Virus record (IMG/VR): IMGVR_UViG_3300042888_001941
Location: 64,001-128,000 of that record
DNA from: a virus
DNA: 64,000 nt
Strand: one strand, 5' to 3'
Of the stretch, positions 48,875 to 56,574 are shown piece after piece (position 1 is the stretch's first letter; each line of letters begins with the position of its first letter). The notes beneath the pieces are model-generated. The model did not search any database. It was given only the letters and a program-made list of their open reading frames with translations, and was not told where the DNA came from. Both the position numbers and the translations under genes were made by a program.

Positions 48875-49736
48875 TTTCTTTCTCCTCGTTCTTTTCAATA
48901 GCACGAATCATTGCGTTTGCGTACCACTGCTCAAACGGATGTAGATTAAAGAGTAGAGTCTTTTCCTGCTTGTGAATAGCAGCTGTAAGAGCTCCTTCAG
49001 CACGTCGTTGTACCTGTTCCCAGCTAAGTCCAGTAATAGGTGGAATGTCCTCATACGGCTCAGTTGTATGCTTTAGGTTTTCAGCCGCGTCGTAATGCTG
49101 TTCATAGATATGAAGAGATCCAACGTGATGAGCGTACGTGCCTGCTTGAATTCCTAGAACAGATGCCATAGCAATCTGAACACGCGTAAACTGGAAGAAG
49201 TCGTATGCAGCTCCTAGCCATACATCGTTTGAGCGCATGTAAACACTCATGTTAAGTTTATTGTCACGGATACGGAACTGATGCAAGATTGTACACGGGT
49301 AATCGCGCTTACTTGGCAAAAGATCAAGTACTGGATCCCAGATGGTAACAACCGCTTGTCGTGTATCTGGGTCTGCTTTTAATCGCTCAATAACAGGACC
49401 GTACTGGTCAATAGTACGTGAACCGTACGCACCATGGAATAGTCCATTGTCCTCTGCGTAGTTCTTAAACATTGGACCTACTGCCATAACAAGCTTAGGC
49501 GTTGTTGCGCCTGCAAGTAGCTGACATGCTTCAACCGCACCAATACCAGGAACAGTTCCGCGGTTAACACCTAGTGGTAGTGTGTCATGCACATTCTCAA
49601 TGCGAATTATTGCGTCCTCAATCTCACGGGTCTTCATACCGCGAGGAGCAGCCTCTTTACCGTGCTTAAGAACGTGCTGAACAAGGTCAACATAGCCGTT
49701 AACTCCGTCAGGAATGTTAATTATTGCAGTATCCAT
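48864..49736 (-). CDS. Thymidylate-synthase homologue, predicted dCMP-specific (hydroxymethylase/methylase/hydroxylase)
   Basis: PRG..TRE, DTRQAV, DYPCT, MRSNDVWLGAAYD (Asp at the position of ThyA Asn177), GSLHIY. Confidence 0.8.
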   Translation of the reverse strand: MDTAIINIPDGVNGYVDLVQHVLKHGKEAAPRGMKTREIEDAIIRIENVHDTLPLGVNRGTVPGIGAVEACQLLAGATTPKLVMAVGPMFKNYAEDNGLFHGAYGSRTIDQYGPVIERLKADPDTRQAVVTIWDPVLDLLPSKRDYPCTILHQFRIRDNKLNMSVYMRSNDVWLGAAYDFFQFTRVQIAMASVLGIQAGTYAHHVGSLHIYEQHYDAAENLKHTTEPYEDIPPITGLSWEQVQRRAEGALTAAIHKQEKTLLFNLHPFEQWYANAMIRAIEKNEEKENGK

Positions 49737-50743
49737 GGATCATCCTCTTTCAGTTTGTTATCGGCGCTTTGTTGTATTGCTTGTCCATACTCTAGACTGT
49801 TCTTGTAATTAAATCGTCGTACGTGTTGCGGGTGCGGCAGTACATCATACTCGCTTGCAGGAATTCCAGCCGCCATGATTCCTTTTTCGGCGTTTCGTCC
49901 TAAGGCAACAACACGTGGTGACCCAAGGTCTTCCCAGAGATCATACAGATCATCAATGTCAATATCTGCTACGTTAACAATTCCACACTTGGGCCATAGC
50001 TCTGTAGGAAGAGCGCTGAGTAGAAAATCACCGGAGTTATTATCAACAGGCATGAATGGAAGCTTAGTTTCCTCGCCGTACTCCTCAAGGATATTGCGCT
50101 TATCTCCAACAAGCAAAACCTTAGGTGTAGGGCTTCCAATATACGTAGGATACTTTGTAAGAATAGGTTGAACTAGCCCAGACATTGCCTCAGCAACGTC
50201 AACAATATGTTTGGCAAGCTCTGGAACACTATCAAGGCTGTCGGCTGGAGGAGTAAGACGCTCGGTTAAACTTACTGACACGGCTGACGCAATAGAGTAG
50301 TTCTCAAGGATTTCCTTAAGGTCACTTACCTTTACGAACTCGTCACCGCGAGATTCTAGACGACGCTGAATAACATCAAGAGGTTGATACAACCAAAAGG
50401 AGGCAACTCCACGAGACATGAGAAAGAGTTCAACCCAACGCCAACCAGCTTTACCTAGTAGACCAAAGCCGTCGGTGTTTGTGAGAGGACGGTACTTAGG
50501 AGCGTACGTTATTTCGCCCCAGTGCCAGCGGTCTGACAGACCATTGCAATCTTGTGAAAAGTTAATGTGCTCTACACTATTAACGTAATCCTTAAGGACC
50601 CAACGGCGTGTCTCTTCAAGCGGACGACCTTTGTGAAACTGCATGAAGTGCTTATCGGGGTGACGCCGTTTGATTTCATTGGCAACTGCCTCAATAAGCG
50701 AGGTTTTACCAGATGCGTCGGTTCCTTCTATAACTATAAACAT
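49721..50743 (-). CDS. dNMP kinase fused to a uracil-DNA-glycosylase-superfamily domain
   Basis: IEGTDASGKTS, DRWH..E..Y, RL..RGD; C-terminal VLLVGD...LPF...SG.FL...RVVALGRNA...LPHP. Confidence 0.75.
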   Translation of the reverse strand: MFIVIEGTDASGKTSLIEAVANEIKRRHPDKHFMQFHKGRPLEETRRWVLKDYVNSVEHINFSQDCNGLSDRWHWGEITYAPKYRPLTNTDGFGLLGKAGWRWVELFLMSRGVASFWLYQPLDVIQRRLESRGDEFVKVSDLKEILENYSIASAVSVSLTERLTPPADSLDSVPELAKHIVDVAEAMSGLVQPILTKYPTYIGSPTPKVLLVGDKRNILEEYGEETKLPFMPVDNNSGDFLLSALPTELWPKCGIVNVADIDIDDLYDLWEDLGSPRVVALGRNAEKGIMAAGIPASEYDVLPHPQHVRRFNYKNSLEYGQAIQQSADNKLKEDDPWILQ

Positions 50744-50791
50744 TTGCGTCCTTTGTCATGTGTCGTGAAATTATATTACGTAAAGTGCGAT

Positions 50792-51262
50792 TTAGGGTAT
50801 AAGCTCTACCTTATAAATAGACTCAATTCCTTTATCAAGTTCTGCCGCATCTTGTAGAAGACGCTCGGCAACCTTAGTTAGATAGCGTGCGCCACCTTGG
50901 TCGTACTTGTACAGAGCCTCAAGCACTGCATTTGGATCTTCACTTACTTGCGCCCAGTAACGATACTTCTCAGGGAAAACCATCACCGCACTTTTTGAAG
51001 CATTGCATTCTTCACAAGGAACAGCGTCATCTGTAAGCTCAGTTGCATTTACCTCGCTAAGACCATAGCGCTTTACGAGAGGGCAGGCAGCTCCGTGGAA
51101 GATAACTGATACACCTACGCGAGAAAGAATGTATGAACCATTCTCTGTCTTGTAAAGTTCAAACTCAATCCAGCGTGTTGATCCACGACGCCATGATGAA
51201 GATTCACTTAGGAGACGCCCGTTGAACTGCAGAGTCCTGGCGCTATCCTTAACTTCAAACAC
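50792..51262 (-). CDS. Hypothetical protein
   Basis: 156-aa ORF; RW.EFELYKT..G.YI; H...C...CEEC; GGGAG RBS. Confidence 0.65.
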   Translation of the reverse strand: MFEVKDSARTLQFNGRLLSESSSWRRGSTRWIEFELYKTENGSYILSRVGVSVIFHGAACPLVKRYGLSEVNATELTDDAVPCEECNASKSAVMVFPEKYRYWAQVSEDPNAVLEALYKYDQGGARYLTKVAERLLQDAAELDKGIESIYKVELIP

Positions 51263-51438
51263 TATTTTGTCTCTCCCTGTCGAACGTCCTGGTTGACTAT
51301 ATCGTTTACTTCCATGAGCTGAGTTAGATCCGCGCGGAGAGACGCGATGGTAGCCTCGTACTGCATAACAAGCTCACCAATGCGCTGTTGAAGGGCAATG
51401 ATGACAAGTTCGTTCTTCGTCTTTGGGGCTTCAAACAT
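51262..51438 (-). CDS. Small coiled-coil hypothetical protein (absent from the ORF track)
   Basis: Hand-translated 58 aa, MFEAPKTKNELVIIALQQRIGELVMQYEATIASLRADLTQLMEV...; its TAG overlaps the next GTG. Confidence 0.65.
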   Translation of the reverse strand: MFEAPKTKNELVIIALQQRIGELVMQYEATIASLRADLTQLMEVNDIVNQDVRQGETK

Positions 51439-51440
51439 GG

Positions 51441-51665
51441 CTATTCCGTTAGGGCAGCGCGTTGAGCCTCTAGGGCAGCAATCTGAGCTTCAGCCGTGGC
51501 AATAGTGTCATTGGCTCTTTCAATGTTATACGCACTTGGAGACGCGGATGCATTTTCTTCAATAATAGTCAGCTCAGCGTTGTACTTATTGAACATCGCA
51601 TTCTTGATGTGGGACTCAATAACGCCGATCTTTTCTTCGTTGCTTAAGCCAATCTCAGTCATCAT
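51441..51665 (-). CDS. Small coiled-coil hypothetical protein
   Basis: AAGGAG RBS; AEAQIAALEAQRAAL heptads. Confidence 0.65.
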   Translation of the reverse strand: MMTEIGLSNEEKIGVIESHIKNAMFNKYNAELTIIEENASASPSAYNIERANDTIATAEAQIAALEAQRAALTE

Positions 51666-51733
51666 TTCTCCTTGCGTCTATTTAACGTCCTTGTAACGCT
51701 AAATTGTATCTTACATCTTGACTATTTGTATGT

Positions 51734-51747
51734 ATTCTAACACGTTT
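51734..51747 (-). promoter_or_regulatory. Promoter, extended -10 AAACGTGT-TAGAAT
   Basis: Intergenic; matches the motif at 25528, 29656 and 45901. Confidence 0.5.
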
Positions 51748-51803
51748 CTTTTTGCCAATAAAGTGTCTTTGGCTCCTGTGTGCCGCAGGCTTTATCCCTG
51801 TAA

Positions 51804-52394
51804 TTATGCTACTGTATTAAATGCACTATTCCAGTTTTCTTCTGTCATCTCGTTTCTAATCACTGACAGGTACGACGGGCCTTTAGTAAAGTACCAGTGC
51901 TCAGGCTCGGCAAAATGAAAAAATATCATTGCAACGTGATTTTCTTTAGGATTGGGAAAGTCTTCTCTCCAGTGCATTTGGTCGTTTCCATAGTAGGCAA
52001 GAGCCTGATTTGGATGAAGAGTATACGCTTTATTTTCTACCCATAGGTCCCACGGGTTCTTTTGATAGACGCACATGTCGATAGTGTAGGTACACGCGTT
52101 ATCGTCCTTGTGCTTGTACAGACTTGCGCTTTCCCCCTCGTAGTGAGAAAAAAGAGTGTAAGTAGGCATGAGGTTTTCACTACCAAAAGTGGATCTAGCT
52201 AAAGGAATAAGCTTTGTAGTGTACTCCTTTAGTTCTTCCATCGTGTTGTCTGCAACAACATATCTAGAAAATCCTTGCTGATACTCAAAAGATTTATAGT
52301 CTGAGAACAGTGACTTTAGACTGTTAAAGTCGTCTTGATTAAAGACGTCATTTAAGACAGCAGGTTCTTTTACAAAAGTCACTATTCCCACCAA
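51804..52394 (-). CDS. 2OG-Fe(II) oxygenase
   Basis: L.KHKD (HxD)...HWRE...IFFHF. Confidence 0.75.
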   Translation of the reverse strand: MVGIVTFVKEPAVLNDVFNQDDFNSLKSLFSDYKSFEYQQGFSRYVVADNTMEELKEYTTKLIPLARSTFGSENLMPTYTLFSHYEGESASLYKHKDDNACTYTIDMCVYQKNPWDLWVENKAYTLHPNQALAYYGNDQMHWREDFPNPKENHVAMIFFHFAEPEHWYFTKGPSYLSVIRNEMTEENWNSAFNTVA

Positions 52395-52981
52395 CCAACA
52401 ATTGCGTACCTTGTCCCGCTAACAACTGGATGAACTGTATGAGTATACACGTAGTTAGAAGGGAACATAATCATTTGATCCGCAACTGGTTTTATCTTTA
52501 GATTAAAGTTAACAAATTCTATTTCGCCACCTTCGTAATCTTCATTTAGATAGTAGCTCATGGATAAAGTTCTAGGGTACTGTTTCGAGTCATCATAGTG
52601 CTTTACGAAGTGATTATCTTTTCCATACTTTAAAAGTTGCCAACCTTCGTTTATCGTCCAGTGATGCGCCGAGTACAGAGACCTGTAGTCATCTACAGTT
52701 GGCAGTAGTTTTTCATCTATTTTTGCAGAAAGTTCTGTAAACACGCTCGGATTATTTTTGAACTCTGGGTGCTTATCGTACGATGGCAATGATATTGCAA
52801 AGCAGTCTCTGGCGCTTTTATTCACCATGCTGTCACCGTCAGCGCCGTCCGACTGTGAGGCTTGATACCAGCTAAGTTTCTTTTCAGCTACAAGATTTTC
52901 AATGTACGCAATTAGCCCTAAGGAGTCTCCCGTCACATTCGTATAAGAAATTATTCCTGGAGCTAGTTCTTCTCTACTCAT
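52382..52981 (-). CDS. 2OG-Fe(II) oxygenase, prolyl-4-hydroxylase-like
   Basis: LLKY...HYD...YLNEDYEGGE..F...FPSN...H.V.PV.SG.RY. Confidence 0.85.
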   Translation of the reverse strand: MSREELAPGIISYTNVTGDSLGLIAYIENLVAEKKLSWYQASQSDGADGDSMVNKSARDCFAISLPSYDKHPEFKNNPSVFTELSAKIDEKLLPTVDDYRSLYSAHHWTINEGWQLLKYGKDNHFVKHYDDSKQYPRTLSMSYYLNEDYEGGEIEFVNFNLKIKPVADQMIMFPSNYVYTHTVHPVVSGTRYAIVGWWE

Positions 52982-52984
52982 AAC

Positions 52985-53215
52985 CTACCACTTACCTAAA
53001 GGGCACTTAGAGACTTCAATTTTTGTTTTTGCCGTCATGAAGCAACCGCACTGCTTGCATTGGTTAGTAATACTTATAATTTCTGGGCACGCCACGCATA
53101 TGCTCATTCTTTCTTCTTGCAACTCTTTACTAGCGTATCTTGTTTGCGGGTTTAGAAAATCTAATGGTGTTGATCCGTTTTTTTCTTTGTACTGCTGCCA
53201 TCTACTTTTTTCCAT
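52985..53215 (-). CDS. Small Cys-rich metal-binding protein
   Basis: R..IC..C......QC..CGCFM..KT.....CPLGKW. Confidence 0.7.
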   Translation of the reverse strand: MEKSRWQQYKEKNGSTPLDFLNPQTRYASKELQEERMSICVACPEIISITNQCKQCGCFMTAKTKIEVSKCPLGKW

Positions 53216-53617
53216 TTAGTCCCACCCTAATGTAGGTGATAGCTGAGACATGTCTCTTCCATCAGTCAATATAAACTTTTCTCCGTCAAACTTTGATTGC
53301 AAGGCAAATGCGTATTTTCCGTATGGGTATTTATCCATGTCTACTACCTGAGGATTACTCAGTAGAACAGAGCCAAAATACTCAGAGGTGCGCAGCTCTT
53401 CTAGAATCTCTCCGTCTTTCATAAAGCGTACAGTTATGCCATCGTGCTCTGGGTACTGGTCAGAAATGTCAATAACTTCATCAGCTTCTAAAAATATCTT
53501 TGAGTGTTCAACTGTGAGGCCAGCATCATAGAGCACATCGCCGTCAATCACCCAACAAAGGGCGACGCCTTTTACGCCTTTGTACACAAATTCTATTTGT
53601 TCGTCCGTTAGCATCAT
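53216..53617 (-). CDS. Hypothetical protein
   Basis: 133-aa ORF with AGGGAG RBS, in the operon downstream of the tail genes. Confidence 0.6.
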   Translation of the reverse strand: MMLTDEQIEFVYKGVKGVALCWVIDGDVLYDAGLTVEHSKIFLEADEVIDISDQYPEHDGITVRFMKDGEILEELRTSEYFGSVLLSNPQVVDMDKYPYGKYAFALQSKFDGEKFILTDGRDMSQLSPTLGWD

Positions 53618-53669
53618 TTCTCCCTACGTATTACTTTACTACTATAACACATATTGAAGATTTATTTCA

Positions 53670-55301
53670 TTAGCATGTAGCAGGTGAGCATGCTGTTCCA
53701 GCTCCGCCAGACCAGCAATCAAATGATCCACCAAAGCCGCTTGGGCAACAGAAGCCGCCAGTAACCTGTGACCTACTGCATGTAAATAAGGTAGGCGTTG
53801 GCGTTGGTGTAGGTGTAGGCGTTGGCGTTGGTGTAGGTGTAGGTGTAGGTGTAGGTGTAGGTGTAGGTGTAGGTGTAGGTGTAGGTGTAGGTGTAGGTGT
53901 AGGTGTAGACGGCGCACTAACTGTTACGTAGCTAGATCTCGCAGTTGTAGAGCCTTTGCTGTTCGTTGCAGTAATTGCAATACGTAACAGGCTTCCATAG
54001 GTACCTACATAGAATGAAGGAGGTGAATAGGTAGCTCCAGAAGCGCCACCAATAGCTCCACCCACTGCCTCCCATTGGTACGCGTAGGTTCCGTCTGGAT
54101 CCCACGTGCCCACAGCAGCTGCGTACGTTGTTGTTCCAGCAGTGCCTGATGTAGGAGTAACTGATGGAGCAACAGTATTGACTGGTGCTGTAAGAACCTT
54201 AGAAAGAACTACGTTTGACTCTGCCTCAGCTGATGTTCCTCCGGAGTTTGATGCTGTCGCAAACGCCTTAAAGTAGTAGGCAGGAGGAGCCGCGTCACCA
54301 TCTGTAATCGTGTACGTAAGTGACGTTGAAGTAGTACTTGCTTTTAAGATGGTGCCGATAGCTCCTGGCACAGGAGGATTTGAGGTAGCTGCGTAAAGAC
54401 GCAAACTGTATGACGTTGGTGAGTCACTCCACCCTGAAGTCGATGCTGTCAAAGTAGTACCAGCATACTGTGTCCCAGAAGGAGACAAGGTTACAGTTCC
54501 ACCAGAAGGCGCACTTACTGGAGCATTAACTGTTACATAGCTAGATCTAGCGTCCGTGGACCCCGACCCGTTTGTTGCAGTAACCTTACACCGCAGCTGA
54601 GTTCCATAGTTGGTTACATAGTCAGAAGGAGGAGAATACGTGCTTGACGTAGCTCCAGATATACTTCCAGAGATTGCCTCCCACTGGTACGCGTAAACAC
54701 CGTCTGCGTCATCTGGGTCCCATGAACCATTTGTTGTAGAGTACGTTGTAGTTCCTGCAGTTCCGCTTGAAGGCGTTACTGACGGCGCGGTTGTGTTGAT
54801 AGGCGCTGGCTTATTAACACTTACAGACGTACTTGTTGACGTTGTAGTTGTTGAAAACGTAGAGTTTGTTGCGGTCACAACGAAGCGATAATAAGACGTA
54901 AACGCTGGCATATCTGCGAGCGTAAGCGCGTAAGTAACGGTGTTTGATCCGCCAATAGAAGGGTTAGCTATTGAAGTTGCTGACCCTATATTTGACCACG
55001 AAGAGTTGTCAGCTGACTTCTGAAATACGTAGGTAAGAGAAGTTGAGTTAGTCCAACGGTAGTTTGTTCCAGTAAGAGTTGAAGGGTATGTCGCGTTGTT
55101 GCGAGAAATTTCTACTCTTTGAGCAATTGAAGGCGAGATTGTGCCAGGAAAGAACTTTTTCCAGACTTGTACGCCTCCAGAAGATACCGAGACATATCCA
55201 CTGTTAATCTTTTTCCAGACTTGAACTCCGCCTGATGAAACAGAGACATAGGCGCTAGTTATCTTCTTCCAAACATCGCCAGACGAGACGTAGATATCCA
55301 T
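53670..55301 (-). CDS. Minor tail/receptor-binding protein: Ig-like repeats, (Thr-Pro)19 linker, 6-Cys C-terminal domain
   Basis: P.NT.APSVT...YAYQW...GAT..TY...LR..VTATN repeats; TPTP tract; six Cys in the last ~36 residues. Confidence 0.72.
   Translation of the reverse strand: MDIYVSSGDVWKKITSAYVSVSSGGVQVWKKINSGYVSVSSGGVQVWKKFFPGTISPSIAQRVEISRNNATYPSTLTGTNYRWTNSTSLTYVFQKSADNSSWSNIGSATSIANPSIGGSNTVTYALTLADMPAFTSYYRFVVTATNSTFSTTTTSTSTSVSVNKPAPINTTAPSVTPSSGTAGTTTYSTTNGSWDPDDADGVYAYQWEAISGSISGATSSTYSPPSDYVTNYGTQLRCKVTATNGSGSTDARSSYVTVNAPVSAPSGGTVTLSPSGTQYAGTTLTASTSGWSDSPTSYSLRLYAATSNPPVPGAIGTILKASTTSTSLTYTITDGDAAPPAYYFKAFATASNSGGTSAEAESNVVLSKVLTAPVNTVAPSVTPTSGTAGTTTYAAAVGTWDPDGTYAYQWEAVGGAIGGASGATYSPPSFYVGTYGSLLRIAITATNSKGSTTARSSYVTVSAPSTPTPTPTPTPTPTPTPTPTPTPTPTPTPTPTPTPTPTPTLFTCSRSQVTGGFCCPSGFGGSFDCWSGGAGTACSPATC
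53830..53907. repeat. Perfect hexanucleotide microsatellite (GGTGTA)13
   Basis: 13 uninterrupted copies within the Thr-Pro tract 53790-53906. Confidence 0.9.
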
Positions 55302-55314
55302 TTATATCTGTACT

Positions 55315-56574
55315 TTACGCTTCTCTTACAAGTAATACCGTGCCATTAGTTGTTCCCGAGCTTGCGCCTGAAGTGGGTTCAGTCTGTGTAATTCTTATGT
55401 TACGAGCAGCTTCTTGGCTTTCACCAGCGGCTCCATCAATGATAACGCCATTAGCGTTAATTCTTACTCCGTGAGTGCCTTGATTGAGCGCAATAGTAGT
55501 ACTACTCATTGAAAAAGTAAGCGCTGTAGACGTTCCTCCTTGTAGAAAAATGCCATTTGGAGTGACACTTGACTCATTTCCGTAAATCTGCATATTTGCT
55601 CCAGCGCCGATTGAAGAACCAGGAGCGTAAAAAAATATGGTGTGTGAACTGACAGAAATTACTCCTGGAGCAGTGCCACTTCCGTAAAAAAGCATATTAT
55701 TAGCTGAAGTAGAATTTAGCTCAATGCGCGGAGTAGTTGATTCATTCGCTGTTCGTATAATTCCACCAGTGATAGTTGCACCGCTAATAGTACTTCCGCT
55801 TTGAATACTGCCCTTAAACACAGCAGCCCCTGTAGATGCGCTAATAGAAAATGTTGCACCAGTACTAGAATTAGTACTTGTCGCATCAAAACCAGCAATT
55901 CCTGCAGAGTTCATAACAATACGTGCGCCAGTTGTTGCTGACGCCCCTGAGTAGACAGTTATACCGTTAGTGTTTACAGCAGTTATTTGATTACTAGCAT
56001 TTACAATCGTGTCCGCGCTTGGCTGAAGCGACGCTATTGCCGCATTGTACGCAGACTGCGCCGCAGCTGAAGCAGCCGCAGAGTCCTGGGTTAAAGACCA
56101 AGCTGTGCCATCCCAAGTATAAAGTTTATCATTATCATTAGTGTCAATCCACATATCACCTACTTCGTAGGTTCCACCTGTCGGTTGAGCGTCTTGATAA
56201 TACGTAGAATTTTTTTCGTCTGCTGTTGCTTGAGCTACAGGATCCGTGATGAAGACGTAATCTTCAAGGTTTTCGCTGTATACTTTCTGTCCGCCTGTAT
56301 CAGGGTCAACAACGGTTGTTCCTTCTTTTAAGATATCTGGGTCAGTGCCAGAAACTACAGTCGTGCCAAAGGACACTTCAGTAGGCGTCACACCATCAAC
56401 AACAATATTCTTTGCTACAACAGTGCGGTACTTAATTTTTTCAGCGGTAACAACGTTTCTTTTTAGTCGCTTAGCGCCTGGGCGCTTTTCGACAACGCGA
56501 ATCCGACGCTCTACGTCTGATACAACCTTACCAATCGTCTTACGACGTCTGCGTCTGCTAGCCAATCTTGTCAA
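55315..56574 (-). CDS. Minor tail protein
   Basis: Position after the Dit/Tal-like genes; GDMWIDT..D..YTWDG module; beta-rich C-terminus. Confidence 0.7.
   Translation of the reverse strand: MTRLASRRRRRKTIGKVVSDVERRIRVVEKRPGAKRLKRNVVTAEKIKYRTVVAKNIVVDGVTPTEVSFGTTVVSGTDPDILKEGTTVVDPDTGGQKVYSENLEDYVFITDPVAQATADEKNSTYYQDAQPTGGTYEVGDMWIDTNDNDKLYTWDGTAWSLTQDSAAASAAAQSAYNAAIASLQPSADTIVNASNQITAVNTNGITVYSGASATTGARIVMNSAGIAGFDATSTNSSTGATFSISASTGAAVFKGSIQSGSTISGATITGGIIRTANESTTPRIELNSTSANNMLFYGSGTAPGVISVSSHTIFFYAPGSSIGAGANMQIYGNESSVTPNGIFLQGGTSTALTFSMSSTTIALNQGTHGVRINANGVIIDGAAGESQEAARNIRITQTEPTSGASSGTTNGTVLLVREA

Noticed and set aside
48864-49736. Annotation as ordinary thymidylate synthase (thyA)
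   Set aside because: Asp replaces the dUMP-specifying Asn and PCT replaces PCH; the neighbourhood points to cytosine modification
51804-52981. 2OG-Fe(II) oxygenases as TET/JBP partners of the C5-MTase
   Set aside because: One has P4H-type signatures (YLN..Y.GGE, FPS), neither shows TET/JBP features I can recognise, and both follow the tail genes about 14 kb from the MTase; not formally excluded without a profile search
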